A stretch of 64,000 nt of DNA from Somniosus microcephalus (taxonomy: Eukaryota): contig CM126220.1 in NCBI GenBank assembly GCA_052327205.1, positions 30,628,001 to 30,692,000 on the forward strand, in the 5' to 3' direction. A model generated the notes under the pieces. That model ran no database searches and was not told the origin of the DNA. It saw only the letters and a list, made by a program, of their open reading frames with translations. Positions within the stretch are counted from its first letter, which is position 1, and each line of letters begins with the position of its first letter. Of this stretch, positions 63,342 through 64,000 are shown piece after piece. The position numbers and the translations under genes were made by a program.

Positions 63342-63950
63342 CTTTGCTCTGCATCTAACCTGTTAGTTACCTGAACTGACGGTGTTTGATGGGACAGTGT
63401 AGATGGAGCTTTATGCTGCATCTAACCTGCTCAGTGTTTGACCTGGGACTGCTTGATGGGACAGTGTAAAGGGAGCTTTACTCTGCATCTAACCTGCTCA
63501 GTGTTTGACCTGGGACAGTGTAGAGGGAGCTTTACCCTGCATCTAACCTGTTCAGTGTTTGACCTGGGACTGCTTGATGGGACAGTGTAGAGGGAGCTTT
63601 ACTCTGCATCTAACCTGCTCAGTGTTAGGCCTGGGAATGCTTGATGGGACAGTGTAGAGGGAGCTTTACTCTGCATCTAACCTGCTCAGTGTTTGACCTG
63701 GGACTGCTTGATGGGACAGTGTAGAGGGAGCTTTACTCTGCATCTAACCTGCTCAGTGTTTGACCTGGGACAGTGTAGAGGGAGCTTTCCCCTGCATCTA
63801 ACCTGTTCAGTGTTTGACCTGGGACTGCTTGATGGGACAGTGTAGAGGGAGCTTTACTCTGCATCTAACCTGCTCAGTGTTTGACCTGGGACTGCTTGAT
63901 GGGACAGTGTAGAGGGAGCTTTACGTGAGGTTTAACCTGTGCTATACTTG
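63342..63950. repeat. 67/54-bp minisatellite (GGGACAGTGTAGAGGGAGCTTTACTCTGCATCTAACC...)
   Basis: Unit starts at 63391, 63458, 63512, 63579, 63646, 63713, 63767, 63834, 63901. Confidence 0.97.
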
Positions 63951-64000
63951 ACCACAGATTTCTTGATAGAGCTCGATTGTTTCTAATCCATGTTTTGTGA

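Overview
Eukaryotic vertebrate non-coding DNA. The repeat families (CR1 LINEs with (CTATGTTT)n/(CTTATGTT)n tails, Deu-domain SINEs, RTE, L2, Penelope-like, GGGACAGTGTAGAGGGAGC minisatellite) point to a cartilaginous fish (shark); this is an inference. I found no host protein-coding exon I can support, so the window looks like a large intron or gene desert with several AT-rich candidate conserved enhancers. Main contents: (1) a complete 4.88-kb PIF/Harbinger DNA transposon (3696-8575) with TIRs, a 3-bp TSD, a decayed DDE transposase and a reconstructable 3-exon Myb/SANT partner gene. It lies in a multi-level nest (Deu-SINE > CR1 > Harbinger > solo LTR plus a 54-bp intronic minisatellite). (2) An old near-full-length CR1 (about 12.5-18.25 kb) with five nested insertions. 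(3) A Penelope-like 3' fragment carrying a minimal hammerhead ribozyme. (4) A ~10.5-kb array of 30-bp repeats rich in GGAATG/TGAGTCA motifs, containing one inverted monomer, a CR1 tail and a Harbinger end. (5) LF-SINE-like elements whose 3' segment appears to be the source of a 67-bp minisatellite. Family names come from recalled consensus motifs, not database searches, and the boundaries of old elements are approximate.
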